From IMG/VR virus record IMGVR_UViG_3300020045_009879, positions 1 to 64,000 of that record: DNA of 64,000 bases; one strand, given 5' to 3'. The translations under genes and the position numbers were made by a program. The notes below the pieces were generated by a model. The model searched no databases. It had not been told where the DNA came from and saw nothing but the letters and a program-made list of their open reading frames with translations. This document shows, one piece after another, positions 17,505 through 27,733 of the stretch. Every line of letters starts with the position of its first letter. Position 1 is the first letter of the stretch. This stretch comes from a virus.

Positions 17505-18254
17505 ATGAGTTTTTCTACAGAAGGCGTTAAAACAGAGGAAGGTGTAAGCAAATATCTAACGTACGGGATTAATTATTGCAAGATCACTGGCATAACGGTC
17601 ATCAAAGCCAAAAGCACAGACTCCAAAAAGATTCAATTTCAAATGGAGGGTGCTCCTATGGGAAAAGAATTCGAAGGTATTGATGGTGCTAAAGGCAAAG
17701 TTGGCCGTATCGAAACCAGCTATATGTCCAAAGATGAGGCATATAAAGACTTCATGCGTCAGATTGGCGTTATGGCTGATAAGTTAGATGTAAGAGTAGC
17801 CGTTGACGCAGTAAAAGCATTCACTATTGAGGATTATATCACAGCAGTAGAACCGCTACTTAAGGGCAAATTTGCCTGGTGGATGTTTGGCGGAGAAGAG
17901 TATTCTGAAAGAAAATGGAAGATGCTTCTTCTTAAATGGGGATTTATCAAATCAGAAAAAGAAATAGATCCTTCAACATTAAAAATGGATGGATTTATTG
18001 GTGTAGAAATACGGAATACATCAAATATTGTAGCTTTACATTTCGACAAGACTAATCATTTCCATTTCAATCCATTTGTTAAATCTGAAGATGGTTTTGC
18101 ATTACCAGGAGCATTAGCAGTGGCTAGTGGACTTAATCTACCGTCAACATCATCACAAGTGGACGATTTACCTTTTGGTATTCCCAGTAATAAGCCCAGT
18201 AAACTTCCATTCGAAGAAGATGGACCAACAGATGGATTACCCTTTGATAAATAA
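17505..18254 (+). CDS. putative single-stranded DNA-binding protein
   Basis: Position after the Sak4-like ATPase; acidic tail with DDLPF, SKLPF, DGLPF. Confidence 0.65.
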   Translation: MSFSTEGVKTEEGVSKYLTYGINYCKITGITVIKAKSTDSKKIQFQMEGAPMGKEFEGIDGAKGKVGRIETSYMSKDEAYKDFMRQIGVMADKLDVRVAVDAVKAFTIEDYITAVEPLLKGKFAWWMFGGEEYSERKWKMLLLKWGFIKSEKEIDPSTLKMDGFIGVEIRNTSNIVALHFDKTNHFHFNPFVKSEDGFALPGALAVASGLNLPSTSSQVDDLPFGIPSNKPSKLPFEEDGPTDGLPFDK

Positions 18255-18256
18255 TC

Positions 18257-19279
18257 ATGATATTCAAAACATTTTATCCGGTAAGCAGAAAATTGCTTTT
18301 GGATAGTGTTTCTGAATTAGACATTTTCAAACATTTTTGTCCCAATTTCAATAGAGTAGGAGAGCATTTTGTCTCTCCTATTTTAATTGATGGAAGGCCC
18401 AACAAAGGACAGAAGGCTGCCAGGATATTATTTACGGGAAAAAGATTCATCTTACATGATTTTAGAGCAGGACAAAGCTTTGGCGCCATAGAATTTGCCT
18501 CAATAATGACGGGTTTTTCCATAGAAGACACCATTAAATATCTATGTGATCTATTTGGAATTACTGAAGGTACGTTCTTTGATCGCAAATTAACCCCTAA
18601 GCTTATAAATAAAGAAGAACTTGAAAATGCTACGCAACAACAGCGATCAATTAATATTGATGTAAAATATACTCCATGGACAAGAGAATCCCTTCTCTAT
18701 TGGTATCAATTTGGATGGCTACCTTATATGCTCGATTTAGCCACAATTAGACCCGTAAGTAACTTTTGGATACGAATGGGCAATGAGTATAAATCAAGCT
18801 ATAATTCGGCCTATTTAGGGGGTCTATCGTTCTCTTATGACTTCGGAGAGCATGATGGAGTATTCAGAAGAAAAATCTATAATCCACTTACAGAAATTAA
18901 AGAATTAAAATGGAAGAACAATTCAACGAAGGAGATAATACAGGGATTAAATACAATAGATTGCCATTTAGATACTTTCTATCTTACATCATCATTAAAG
19001 GATTGCGGCGTATTCTGGAGACTAAAAGGTTATCCATGCGCTGGGGCTCCTAATTCAGAAAGTACAACATTATCGCCTGCACAAATAAGACGCATTAGAC
19101 AAATATCTGAGAGGCAGATGATATACTTTGATAATGATGCCGTAGGTATTCAACAGGCTAAAAAACAATCCAATCTATACGGATTTGAATGGCAATGCAA
19201 TCCAATTTATAGCCCAAAGGATCCGGCAGATTATACAAAAGAACGAGGATTAACAGAATTTAATAAATTAATATTATAA
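18257..19279 (+). CDS. crAss-type DNA primase (TOPRIM)
   Basis: TSSLKD, APNSE, YFDND..G, KDPADY. Confidence 0.85.
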   Translation: MIFKTFYPVSRKLLLDSVSELDIFKHFCPNFNRVGEHFVSPILIDGRPNKGQKAARILFTGKRFILHDFRAGQSFGAIEFASIMTGFSIEDTIKYLCDLFGITEGTFFDRKLTPKLINKEELENATQQQRSINIDVKYTPWTRESLLYWYQFGWLPYMLDLATIRPVSNFWIRMGNEYKSSYNSAYLGGLSFSYDFGEHDGVFRRKIYNPLTEIKELKWKNNSTKEIIQGLNTIDCHLDTFYLTSSLKDCGVFWRLKGYPCAGAPNSESTTLSPAQIRRIRQISERQMIYFDNDAVGIQQAKKQSNLYGFEWQCNPIYSPKDPADYTKERGLTEFNKLIL

Positions 19280-19832
19280 AAACAAAAACGATCAGTGAAT
19301 ATCAATTCACAAAAACAACTAAAACAATAAATAACAATGATTTGACTCTTAACGTAAAGTTAAGGATTAATCATCAACAAGGAACTTATGATATTTGTTC
19401 TACTTATCATGATGAAAAATTTAACTTTAAAAACATCAGAAGTTTATCACCCATAAATGATTTATTAGAACTAATAAAAGAGGCCAACGAATTTGCCGTT
19501 AATGAATTACTAAAAATAAATTAAAGATGAGTAATTTTTTTTATACTGTAGAAGAATTAATCAATGCATTGAAAACATTGGAGCCAAATGCAAGCATTAG
19601 CGATATTGAGTTTACAAGATACGAAGATTGGAGCATTGAATTATATTATAAGGGAAAAATTGTGAAAAAAAGTTAATTATGGATCACCAAATCGGAGAAG
19701 TGTTCTGTCACATAGAAGATGACAGAACAGAAACACTGGTTCAGATTGTTCCAAATGCAGAAGACAGAAGAATACTATTGGGAAAAATAAGTGATGACAT
19801 TTTAAAACAAATTAAAGAAATAAAAGAAAAGC

Positions 19833-20219
19833 ATGAGTAAAGAAAAATTATTGATTGCAGTATATGGCAGCTTACGCAAAGGGATGGGCAACCATCGCCT
19901 TTTAGAGACCTCTAAACTATTATCCACAGAAACTATCCAAGATAACTTTAGAATGGTGGATATGGGCTCTTATCCAGGTCTAATCAAGTCCGAAGAAGTC
20001 AATGATATCGTCGTGGAGATCTATGAGGTGACACCAGACACATACAAAAGAATTGAATGGCTAGAATCATACCCATCCTTTTATGATCGCAGAAATGTGC
20101 ACACCACAGAAGGAGAGGTTAGTATATACTATCTGGCCAAAGGTGGTGGCTGGAGCGAAAGCGATCGTCTTGTAGAAAAAACAGACGGCGCATTTGATTG
20201 GGTCAAACATTATCAGTAA
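19833..20219 (+). CDS. gamma-glutamylcyclotransferase (AIG2-like)
   Basis: AVYGSLRKGMGNH, YPGL, VEIYEV, LESYP..Y.R. Confidence 0.92.
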   Translation: MSKEKLLIAVYGSLRKGMGNHRLLETSKLLSTETIQDNFRMVDMGSYPGLIKSEEVNDIVVEIYEVTPDTYKRIEWLESYPSFYDRRNVHTTEGEVSIYYLAKGGGWSESDRLVEKTDGAFDWVKHYQ

Positions 20220-20239
20220 AAACACTTTAAATACACATA

Positions 20240-20515
20240 ATGGAAAATATTGAAGATAAAATTAAACAAGCCGCTATAAAATTTGCCAAAGAAGATGATT
20301 CCTTGGGATTGGAAAATTGTTCTAGATGGGAATTTATTTCTGGGATTAAATCTCCTGAAGCTAAAAAATATTGGCAACAAGGGATGTATACAGAGGAAAG
20401 GGTAGTAAACTTACTACATAAGTTTAAAACAACTATACTTGAGAGTATAGGATATACATATACTCCACAATTATCTACCACTAAGGATTGGTTTAATAGA
20501 AATAAAAAGAAATAA
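20240..20515 (+). CDS. hypothetical protein
   Basis: ORF; MYTEE.V..LL...WF motif. Confidence 0.7.
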   Translation: MENIEDKIKQAAIKFAKEDDSLGLENCSRWEFISGIKSPEAKKYWQQGMYTEERVVNLLHKFKTTILESIGYTYTPQLSTTKDWFNRNKKK

Positions 20516-20516
20516 C

Positions 20517-21347
20517 ATGCCACTAATAAAACTTAGGAGTAAAAATCCATCAGCAACAGAATTACGCACGCGTTTATCTTCAGTAAAAACTAAAAATCCA
20601 TTTGTTGTAAGATTGGGCAGCAGAACACCATTAAGCACCTTTAGAAATAGGATTTACCATGGTGCCACAGAGATTAATACCATTGACTCAATCGAAAACA
20701 GCCGGGATAAATTGAAGATGAAGGAATGCTTTTCGGCCCAATCAGTTAAACAAGCTAATTGGTATCAGTTCTGTCCAAATGAAGCAGGAATGAGATATGG
20801 CAGATTAAATGATGTTGAAACACAGATTACACAAGAAAATCTTCCTTATCCAATTGTAGTAAAACAAGTGGTTGGATATAAAGGACATGGAATGATAAAA
20901 TGTGAAAATCAGGAAGAGTTGCAAGCGTGGCTGGCATCACATCACTTTCATACGGCAGGATTTTACATAGAGCGTTTTCATGCATTTGCAAAAGAATATC
21001 GCCTACATGCCACACAAGAACAAGTATTTTTATCCTGGAGGAAACTAAGAAAAGAAGATGCCACTGAGAGATGGTTCTTCAATTCTACAAATTGCAACTG
21101 GGTAAACGAAGAACACGAACTATTTGCAAAACCAGAAGCGTGGGATCTTATGTGCGAACATGCAGTAAGAGCAATGAGGGCTACGGGATTATCTATTGGT
21201 GCCGTCGATGTTAGGTGTAAGTCTAATTGCAGAACGGAGAATGATTTTATTGTGCTCGAGTGTAACTCAGCGCCCGAGTTGGCGGAAATTGGAACAGAGG
21301 CTTATTATATGGAAATAACAAAAATTGTAAGAGATCATGATAATTAA
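20517..21347 (+). CDS. ATP-grasp peptide ligase (RimK/YheCD-like)
   Basis: DKL, YPIVVK..G.KG.G, EYRLH, GAVDV, LECNSAP. Confidence 0.9.
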   Translation: MPLIKLRSKNPSATELRTRLSSVKTKNPFVVRLGSRTPLSTFRNRIYHGATEINTIDSIENSRDKLKMKECFSAQSVKQANWYQFCPNEAGMRYGRLNDVETQITQENLPYPIVVKQVVGYKGHGMIKCENQEELQAWLASHHFHTAGFYIERFHAFAKEYRLHATQEQVFLSWRKLRKEDATERWFFNSTNCNWVNEEHELFAKPEAWDLMCEHAVRAMRATGLSIGAVDVRCKSNCRTENDFIVLECNSAPELAEIGTEAYYMEITKIVRDHDN

Positions 21348-22524
21348 CAGCACAATTTTAACAGAATGGGTAAAAAGTGGTGGTGATAAATCTGGATTAC
21401 ATTTTGAAGAACATGGATGCTCTGAATTTATTGCTCATCATGCAGGGATCATAAAACATGTATCATTGGCATTTAATATGCTTAGAAATGAATGCTGGAG
21501 TGATATATCCACATACATGATAAAATTAGGCTACAAAGATTCGAGAGTTAATGTAATGCAAGAGTGGGTTAAGTTTTGCTATGAGGCGCTTAAGTGTATG
21601 AATCTAAAAAAAGATGAGCCATTTATCGAACTTTATACCTGGAAAGAGTTTAAAGAGGAGTGTAATTCAATAAAAGATTCAGTAAAAAATTCACAGAGTT
21701 CTTTTTCTTGGAATAATGAGAAAAATATACTACGCATTACCGCTGGAAGTGACGTAGAGTTCACTCTAACGGATGATACTATTATTGGAATTAAATGTAA
21801 TACTGCACAGTTAAGAAAACATTTTAAGTTTAATTATTGTGATGATAAACAAGTACTTCCAGGGGAAGGTACAAATGGTAGTAAATGTAGAAAGACTCAA
21901 CTTGCACATACTTTACTAAGATATGGATGGTCATCTGTATATTATATGGTGCCTATAACACTTAAACTAATGCAATTAAATCCTGCATTAGATCAATTTT
22001 ATATTATGCAGATTGCATGGAATATCAGAGGTAAATTGGGACTAGGATGGAGTGCAGATTATGGTACCCTATTCCAACAAAATAATGAAATTATGCCAAA
22101 ATCCATGTTTATGTCTAAATTTAAAGATGTAAAAATAGACGGTGTTCAAGTACATTTTTTAGTGTCGGAAGATCCGCTGATTAAAATGATCAGAGATGTG
22201 GACGTAAAAGACTCTAAAATAAATGTTGATTTCAATATTCACGACTCAGAGAAACTTACACTACCACAATTATTAGATTTAAATGATACTAAATATACCG
22301 ATGAAATTGCAAAATATTTAGAGAAGTTAGAGTCTAATAATAGCATAGACCACATGAAAGTAAGATTTAAATTCGTACAGACGATATTTAAGTCTACTAT
22401 TGTTAATGTACCATATGTTGGATATCACAAAAAGGGTGTAAATATTGACCGTATCCTCTTTAAAGATGAGGAAAACACAATATTAAGCATTGCAGAGAAA
22501 AGTAAATTAATAGAAATTTTATGA
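21337..22524 (+). CDS. hypothetical protein within the amidoligase cluster (395 aa)
   Basis: Long ORF overlapping both neighbours. Confidence 0.8.
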   Translation: MIINSTILTEWVKSGGDKSGLHFEEHGCSEFIAHHAGIIKHVSLAFNMLRNECWSDISTYMIKLGYKDSRVNVMQEWVKFCYEALKCMNLKKDEPFIELYTWKEFKEECNSIKDSVKNSQSSFSWNNEKNILRITAGSDVEFTLTDDTIIGIKCNTAQLRKHFKFNYCDDKQVLPGEGTNGSKCRKTQLAHTLLRYGWSSVYYMVPITLKLMQLNPALDQFYIMQIAWNIRGKLGLGWSADYGTLFQQNNEIMPKSMFMSKFKDVKIDGVQVHFLVSEDPLIKMIRDVDVKDSKINVDFNIHDSEKLTLPQLLDLNDTKYTDEIAKYLEKLESNNSIDHMKVRFKFVQTIFKSTIVNVPYVGYHKKGVNIDRILFKDEENTILSIAEKSKLIEIL

Positions 22525-23291
22525 AAAATTGGACATCAAGAATGCTTCTGGGGTCAGACCCGGAGGCATTTATTGTAAATACACGGACTGGACAGGTAGT
22601 ATCATCTAAAAGATTTACAGATGGTACAAAAGATAAACCTGAAGAACTTGTCGGGGGATACGCATTACTCAATGATAATATTTTAATCGAGGGTAATGTT
22701 CCCCCGGCAAGTACAAGAGAAGAATTCATAGCAAATATGACACAGTTACACACATTTATGAGCGAAAGAGCAGAGAAGCGATTGGCTCATCTAGAAAATC
22801 ATGACTGTAGAGAAATAAACGCGGAACTAATGATGACCGATGAGGCTAAGGAGTTTGGATGTTCATCATTTAGAGATGCATGGAATGGGCTCATAGAGAT
22901 AGAAACGCCACAGTTAAACAATAACTCACGACCTGCAGGTTGTCATATTCATATAGGTATTGAAGATCTGACTGATTATGAAAGACAAGCAATAGTCAGG
23001 GCATTTGATATATTTGTTACGCTTCCATCTATTGCAATTACCGGACAATCATATAGAACAGCAAATCTATACGGATTGCTAGGCGCATGCCGATTAAAAA
23101 TTTACGGCGTAGAGGCAAGATCTCTTGGTGGACATTTCTTCCAGCCTAAATACTTTGGTTGGATTTATGATCTTACATTTCTTGCGGTAGATTATGCTTT
23201 TAAGAATACAGAAAGAATTAATGATTTTCCCAATATCACAACATTGATTGGGACTGAAAGGCAACGAATTATTAAATCACTTCAAATATAA
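22521..23291 (+). CDS. phiEco32-like COOH-NH2 ligase (glutamine synthetase-like fold)
   Basis: LGSDPE.F, DN..IE.N.PPA, FGC, R.AG.HIHIG, YG..G..R.K.YGVE.RSL. Confidence 0.9.
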   Translation: MKNWTSRMLLGSDPEAFIVNTRTGQVVSSKRFTDGTKDKPEELVGGYALLNDNILIEGNVPPASTREEFIANMTQLHTFMSERAEKRLAHLENHDCREINAELMMTDEAKEFGCSSFRDAWNGLIEIETPQLNNNSRPAGCHIHIGIEDLTDYERQAIVRAFDIFVTLPSIAITGQSYRTANLYGLLGACRLKIYGVEARSLGGHFFQPKYFGWIYDLTFLAVDYAFKNTERINDFPNITTLIGTERQRIIKSLQI

Positions 23292-23295
23292 ATAC

Positions 23296-26237
23296 ATGTG
23301 TGGATTGTTTGCAAGACTATCAAGCGAAAAAGAATGGGATGCTCTGTCAAGATTTAAATTTCAACTTCTTGGCGTAGAAATGGATGCTAGAGGTAGGACT
23401 TCTCTGCCGTCTTAAATAGTAATATTTGAGATAATTATTGAGCAAAAACGGTGAACGAGTAAATAAGTAGAATCAAATGGCGGAAAATGTATTATCTTTG
23501 TAAAATTACAAACTTAATATTATTTATATGACTGATTCCACTAGAATGATTCTTGATTTATTTAATCAGGGTAAAAAAATAAAAGAGATAGAAAAAATTA
23601 CTGGAAAGAAATATAAAAATTTATCCAGGATGAGAATCAAATATGCAGATTTATGTATTCCATATATTAATAGCAAACCTAAACGTGGCTATAGTGTTAA
23701 CGATACATTTTTTGATGATATTGATTCAGAAATTAAAGCATATCTCTTAGGATATTTTATAGCAGATGGGAATATAGATAAAGCCAAATCAAGATTTTCA
23801 ATTGGATCATCAATTGATGATGAAGAAGTAATTAATTTATTTTCAAAATATATATCAGAAGAAGTACTAATTACAAGAAGATTTAGATTTAGAAATAATA
23901 TTCCATGCAAAGAACTTTTGGAATTCAGGTGGACAAGTAGTCATATGAAGGATTTATTTATTAATAAATATAATATAATCCCAAGAAAAACATATGACAA
24001 CAATTTTATATTTCCATTTGAATTAATGCCAGAGGAATTACATGGTCATTTTATTAGAGGATTTTTTGATGGAGATGGTCATATACGAATTGATGAGAAA
24101 GCAATTTCATTATCAATAGTGTTTACAAGCCTTCCATTTTTGAATCAAATAATAAATATTATAAATAATAATTGTACTAATTTTAAGCCAAAGATTGAAA
24201 TAATCAATGGCAAGACATTAGATTATTATAAATTATATCCAAGATCTGAATCTGGAAAATTTGGCACTGCGAGATTGTTTTATACAGATATATATAACTT
24301 CTTATATAAAAACTCTAATTTTTACCTTTCAAGAAAATTAAATAAATTTAAAGAATATATTCATTGAATACCGTGCTAAGGCTAATGATAATACATTTAG
24401 CCCAGTGTAACGCATAGCGGATGAAACTGTCAGATCGGGATAGAATATAATTCTGCCACGAGTGCTCAACACCCTACAGAATTGATGAGGGTGAAAATAT
24501 ATGCTGAACTATGCCTGCAATTTTAGGGTATAGATCTAGGGGATAAAAAGCCCCTGGGATAACAAATTGGGAGACGGTTGTGGCGTAGCATTTGATGGAG
24601 TGGTTATAAAAGGTGCTAATCCAAAGAAATTTGATGATTTCTGGAGATTAGATAACGTACCCACAGTGCTGAACCATAATGCTATTATAGGTCACGATAG
24701 AAAAGCTTCTGTTGGAGCACAGACCCTAGAGAACACTCAGCCAATATGCTTTGATGAATTAAGTACTATTCTTGCCCATAATGGAACAGTATATAATTAT
24801 AAAGAGATGTATGCTGCCCATAAGATTAAGGATCATTATGATTATGATATTACAGGGATGTCTGATTCTCAGGTAATAGGACTCTTAATGGAGAGATCGG
24901 GATGGCAAGTACTTAATGAATATATTGGCACAATGGCATTCTTGTATATGAGAGATACAGAACCAGGCGTCGTTTATGCATATCACGGCAAGTCAAAATT
25001 GCGTAAATTTGCATCATTAGACTCAGAAGAAAGGCCATTATATTATGCTCAAGAGGATGGTGAAACATGGCTTTGCTCAACAAAAGAAGCATTACATAAG
25101 ATCATAAAAAATAAAGATCTTGTTATTGAATTACCATTCAATAAAGTTATGCGATTTGATGGCAATAGCATGTCTATAGCACATACTGTTAACAGGGATA
25201 AGTGTACTCAGGTAGAAGATACTACTGTTAACTCTGAGCCATATTTATACGACAGATACTACAGAGATGAATATAATGATTGCTATTATGACAAATGGAA
25301 AAACAAAAAAACAGAAAATTTTACACCGGCTCTAAGGTCAAGAATAGAAGACGACATCTTCGCAAGCAAAAAGGCAGATAGTCTTTACTGGGAGGCAGGA
25401 ATATTTAAGATTAACAATGAACCTGCGCATGGTATGATATCGGTATCTTCCACTGGATGCATAGTTAAATTTGATACCGGTGCTTATAATTTCTATTTTT
25501 ATAATGGTAATCTTCTAAAAGGCGAACCATCTTATATAGAGTTACTTAAAACAATAGGCAGCAAAGGATATGCTAGCTTATCACGACAACACAGACTTTG
25601 GCTTTTAGGTAAATACTTTGCATTTCCATTCTTTGTAAAATTAAGTGAAAAAGAGGATTCTGGATATTTATACAGTAATAAAACTAATACTGAATTATGT
25701 ACAAATCCATTTTCTGGCACAATAGAAATTCCGTTTAGTTCAAAAATAGTGAAAATTGTTAATGGAAAACTTAATGCTATTGTTTTTGAGACATATCGTG
25801 GCATTTTCAATCTTTTAGCTAATCAAGTCAATCATCCTAATATAACAGAGGTTAATAGATTGATTAATAAAATAACAGACAAACATGATGAATCAGATCA
25901 AAATGAAGATCCTGAGATTGATGACATATATGCATGTCCAATATGTTTAGGATATGGTACAATGACAGGAAATAATTACACTCAATATGAATGTGAAGCA
26001 TGTAATGGAGACACAATTATAACCAAGAGAAATTTACTGGAATATATAAGCACTCATTATATCATTAAAGATGTTTTAGATGACTTGGTTGATGATTATG
26101 ATGAAGAAAGGGTATTACAAATGGTTTCTAAATCCATTGATCGTGCAATTACAATATTAGATATTGCTGGATTTTTTACGGCAGAAGATTTAACAATAAA
26201 ATTGAATGAAATAAAAATGATCTTATGGCAAAAATAG
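23296..26237 (+). CDS. class II (Ntn) glutamine amidotransferase, spliced: exon 1 23296-23394, exon 2 24570-26237 (588 aa); C-terminal CxxCxGxG Zn finger
   Basis: Exon 1 MCGLF...DARG joins in frame to GDGCG; exon 2 has GHDRKAS, HNGT, SDS motifs. Confidence 0.9.
23493..23500 (+). promoter_or_regulatory. -7 box TATCTTTG upstream of the intron ORF
   Basis: Perfect TAnnTTTG 28 nt before ATG 23528. Confidence 0.5.
23528..24367 (+). CDS. intron-encoded double-motif LAGLIDADG homing endonuclease with N-terminal HTH
   Basis: AYLLGYFIADG and HFIRGFFDGDG motifs. Confidence 0.93.
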   Translation: MTDSTRMILDLFNQGKKIKEIEKITGKKYKNLSRMRIKYADLCIPYINSKPKRGYSVNDTFFDDIDSEIKAYLLGYFIADGNIDKAKSRFSIGSSIDDEEVINLFSKYISEEVLITRRFRFRNNIPCKELLEFRWTSSHMKDLFINKYNIIPRKTYDNNFIFPFELMPEELHGHFIRGFFDGDGHIRIDEKAISLSIVFTSLPFLNQIINIINNNCTNFKPKIEIINGKTLDYYKLYPRSESGKFGTARLFYTDIYNFLYKNSNFYLSRKLNKFKEYIH

Positions 26238-27733
26238 TAACATGGGATAATAAAGTTGAAGATAAAGAACAATGTGTATTCATAAGAGGTGCATTTTACC
26301 ACAAAGAGCGAGACTGCCATTATCATGATGGCATTTATTATTCTCCATTTAGCAGATATTATGTTGTAGATCACAATACTAAGACAAGAGTGTTTAATCT
26401 TGATGGCAAGTTAAAATATGGTATTGTTGATCGTAGGCATGGGGAATTTATCTTTGGATATTATTCTCCAAATATTTCAACCAACGGAGGCATAATAATT
26501 TCTGCAGAACAATCTGAAGCCCTACTGAAAGAAATTGCAATATCAAGGAATCCTCAGAATAATTATATCGATATTCTATCAAGATTATCAACAAATTATG
26601 ATTATGCCGGAGAATGTGGTGTTGCTCCTGGAATTACGGAGATAGGATGTATGGATGTTCATGCCTTACTGAAGGATGGATATATTCAAGTGCCATCATC
26701 GGATTCTATAGTGCATAACAAAGATGCTAGTAAATGTAGTATATCAATGAAAAAATCTGCATTACTTCAATATGACTTTGCTCTTGCATATAATTCTGAG
26801 ACCATGATGGAATTATTCCAATCACATTTCAACAAACATCCATTACCAATCTCAAAAATAGAAGAAGAATTAGCGGATATAATTGGTGATCATACTTTCG
26901 GCATAGAATATGAGTCGTGGGACGGCAGATTACCAACATATGAAGCGGCACAAAATGGATTAATCCCACTAAGAGATGGAAGCCTTAGGCATGATAAAGT
27001 ATGTGGGTACGAATATGCTACAGTAATAATGCGTGGATGTAATGGTATAGCGGCAATTAAAAGTCAGTGTAATGCGCTTAAGACATTTACAACATTTAAC
27101 GAAAAATGCTCTATGCATATCCATATTGGAAATATTGATAAGACACCAGAAAATTTGATAAAACTGTGGAATGCGTTTTATACTATTCAGAAGGATATTT
27201 TCAAGATGTTCCCAGCATGTTTGGCTAATACATCTACCTATAAACAAAAAGATTACTGTAGTATGCTACCAAATATTTCTCCATTAACGAAAGACTCTAT
27301 TGTGGAGTTTCTAAGCGGTGGACGAGACCGATTCAATAAATTTGGAGGCAAGCATCCATTAGACCCATCAAACCAATCTAAATGGAATGTCCCTAGCCGA
27401 TACGTATTTTGTAACTTCAATAATTTTTATTATACCGATAGGGGAACAATAGAATTGAGGATTTCTACCCCGACATTTAATTATAATAAGATAACTGCAT
27501 TACTTATTATCTTTGCAACAATTATTAATGAGGCATTAAATGGAAATATTCATGAAACTGTGGAATCAGTAATTGACACAATTAGAAACGTAAGAATAAA
27601 ATCCTGGCTTTTAAACTATTGTATCCACAGAAAAACAGTATTAAATCAATATAAAATGGTCGAAAACGGAGTAATTTATTATGAAAATATTTCAAACGAT
27701 GCAAGCAATGGAAATGAGTCAGAATTATACTGA
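26225..27733 (+). CDS. putative amidoligase (Amidoligase_2-like COOH-NH2 ligase)
   Basis: FGIEYE, DGSL, GYEYAT, CSMHIHIG, RY..CN, TIELR. Confidence 0.88.
   Translation: MAKIVTWDNKVEDKEQCVFIRGAFYHKERDCHYHDGIYYSPFSRYYVVDHNTKTRVFNLDGKLKYGIVDRRHGEFIFGYYSPNISTNGGIIISAEQSEALLKEIAISRNPQNNYIDILSRLSTNYDYAGECGVAPGITEIGCMDVHALLKDGYIQVPSSDSIVHNKDASKCSISMKKSALLQYDFALAYNSETMMELFQSHFNKHPLPISKIEEELADIIGDHTFGIEYESWDGRLPTYEAAQNGLIPLRDGSLRHDKVCGYEYATVIMRGCNGIAAIKSQCNALKTFTTFNEKCSMHIHIGNIDKTPENLIKLWNAFYTIQKDIFKMFPACLANTSTYKQKDYCSMLPNISPLTKDSIVEFLSGGRDRFNKFGGKHPLDPSNQSKWNVPSRYVFCNFNNFYYTDRGTIELRISTPTFNYNKITALLIIFATIINEALNGNIHETVESVIDTIRNVRIKSWLLNYCIHRKTVLNQYKMVENGVIYYENISNDASNGNESELY

Larger units (their letters stand above)
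23395..24569 (+). mobile_element. group I intron (1175 nt) carrying a homing endonuclease
   Basis: 5' exon ends in U, intron ends in G; guide tctct-G-ccgtct (23401-23412) can pair with both exons; P3 ttgagca/tgctcaa; P4 acggt/accgt; P7 gcata/tatgc. Confidence 0.9.

Noticed and set aside
24567-24569. TTG start for the amidotransferase as given in the ORF track
   Set aside because: These are the last three intron bases; the true start is ATG 23296, which supplies the catalytic Cys.
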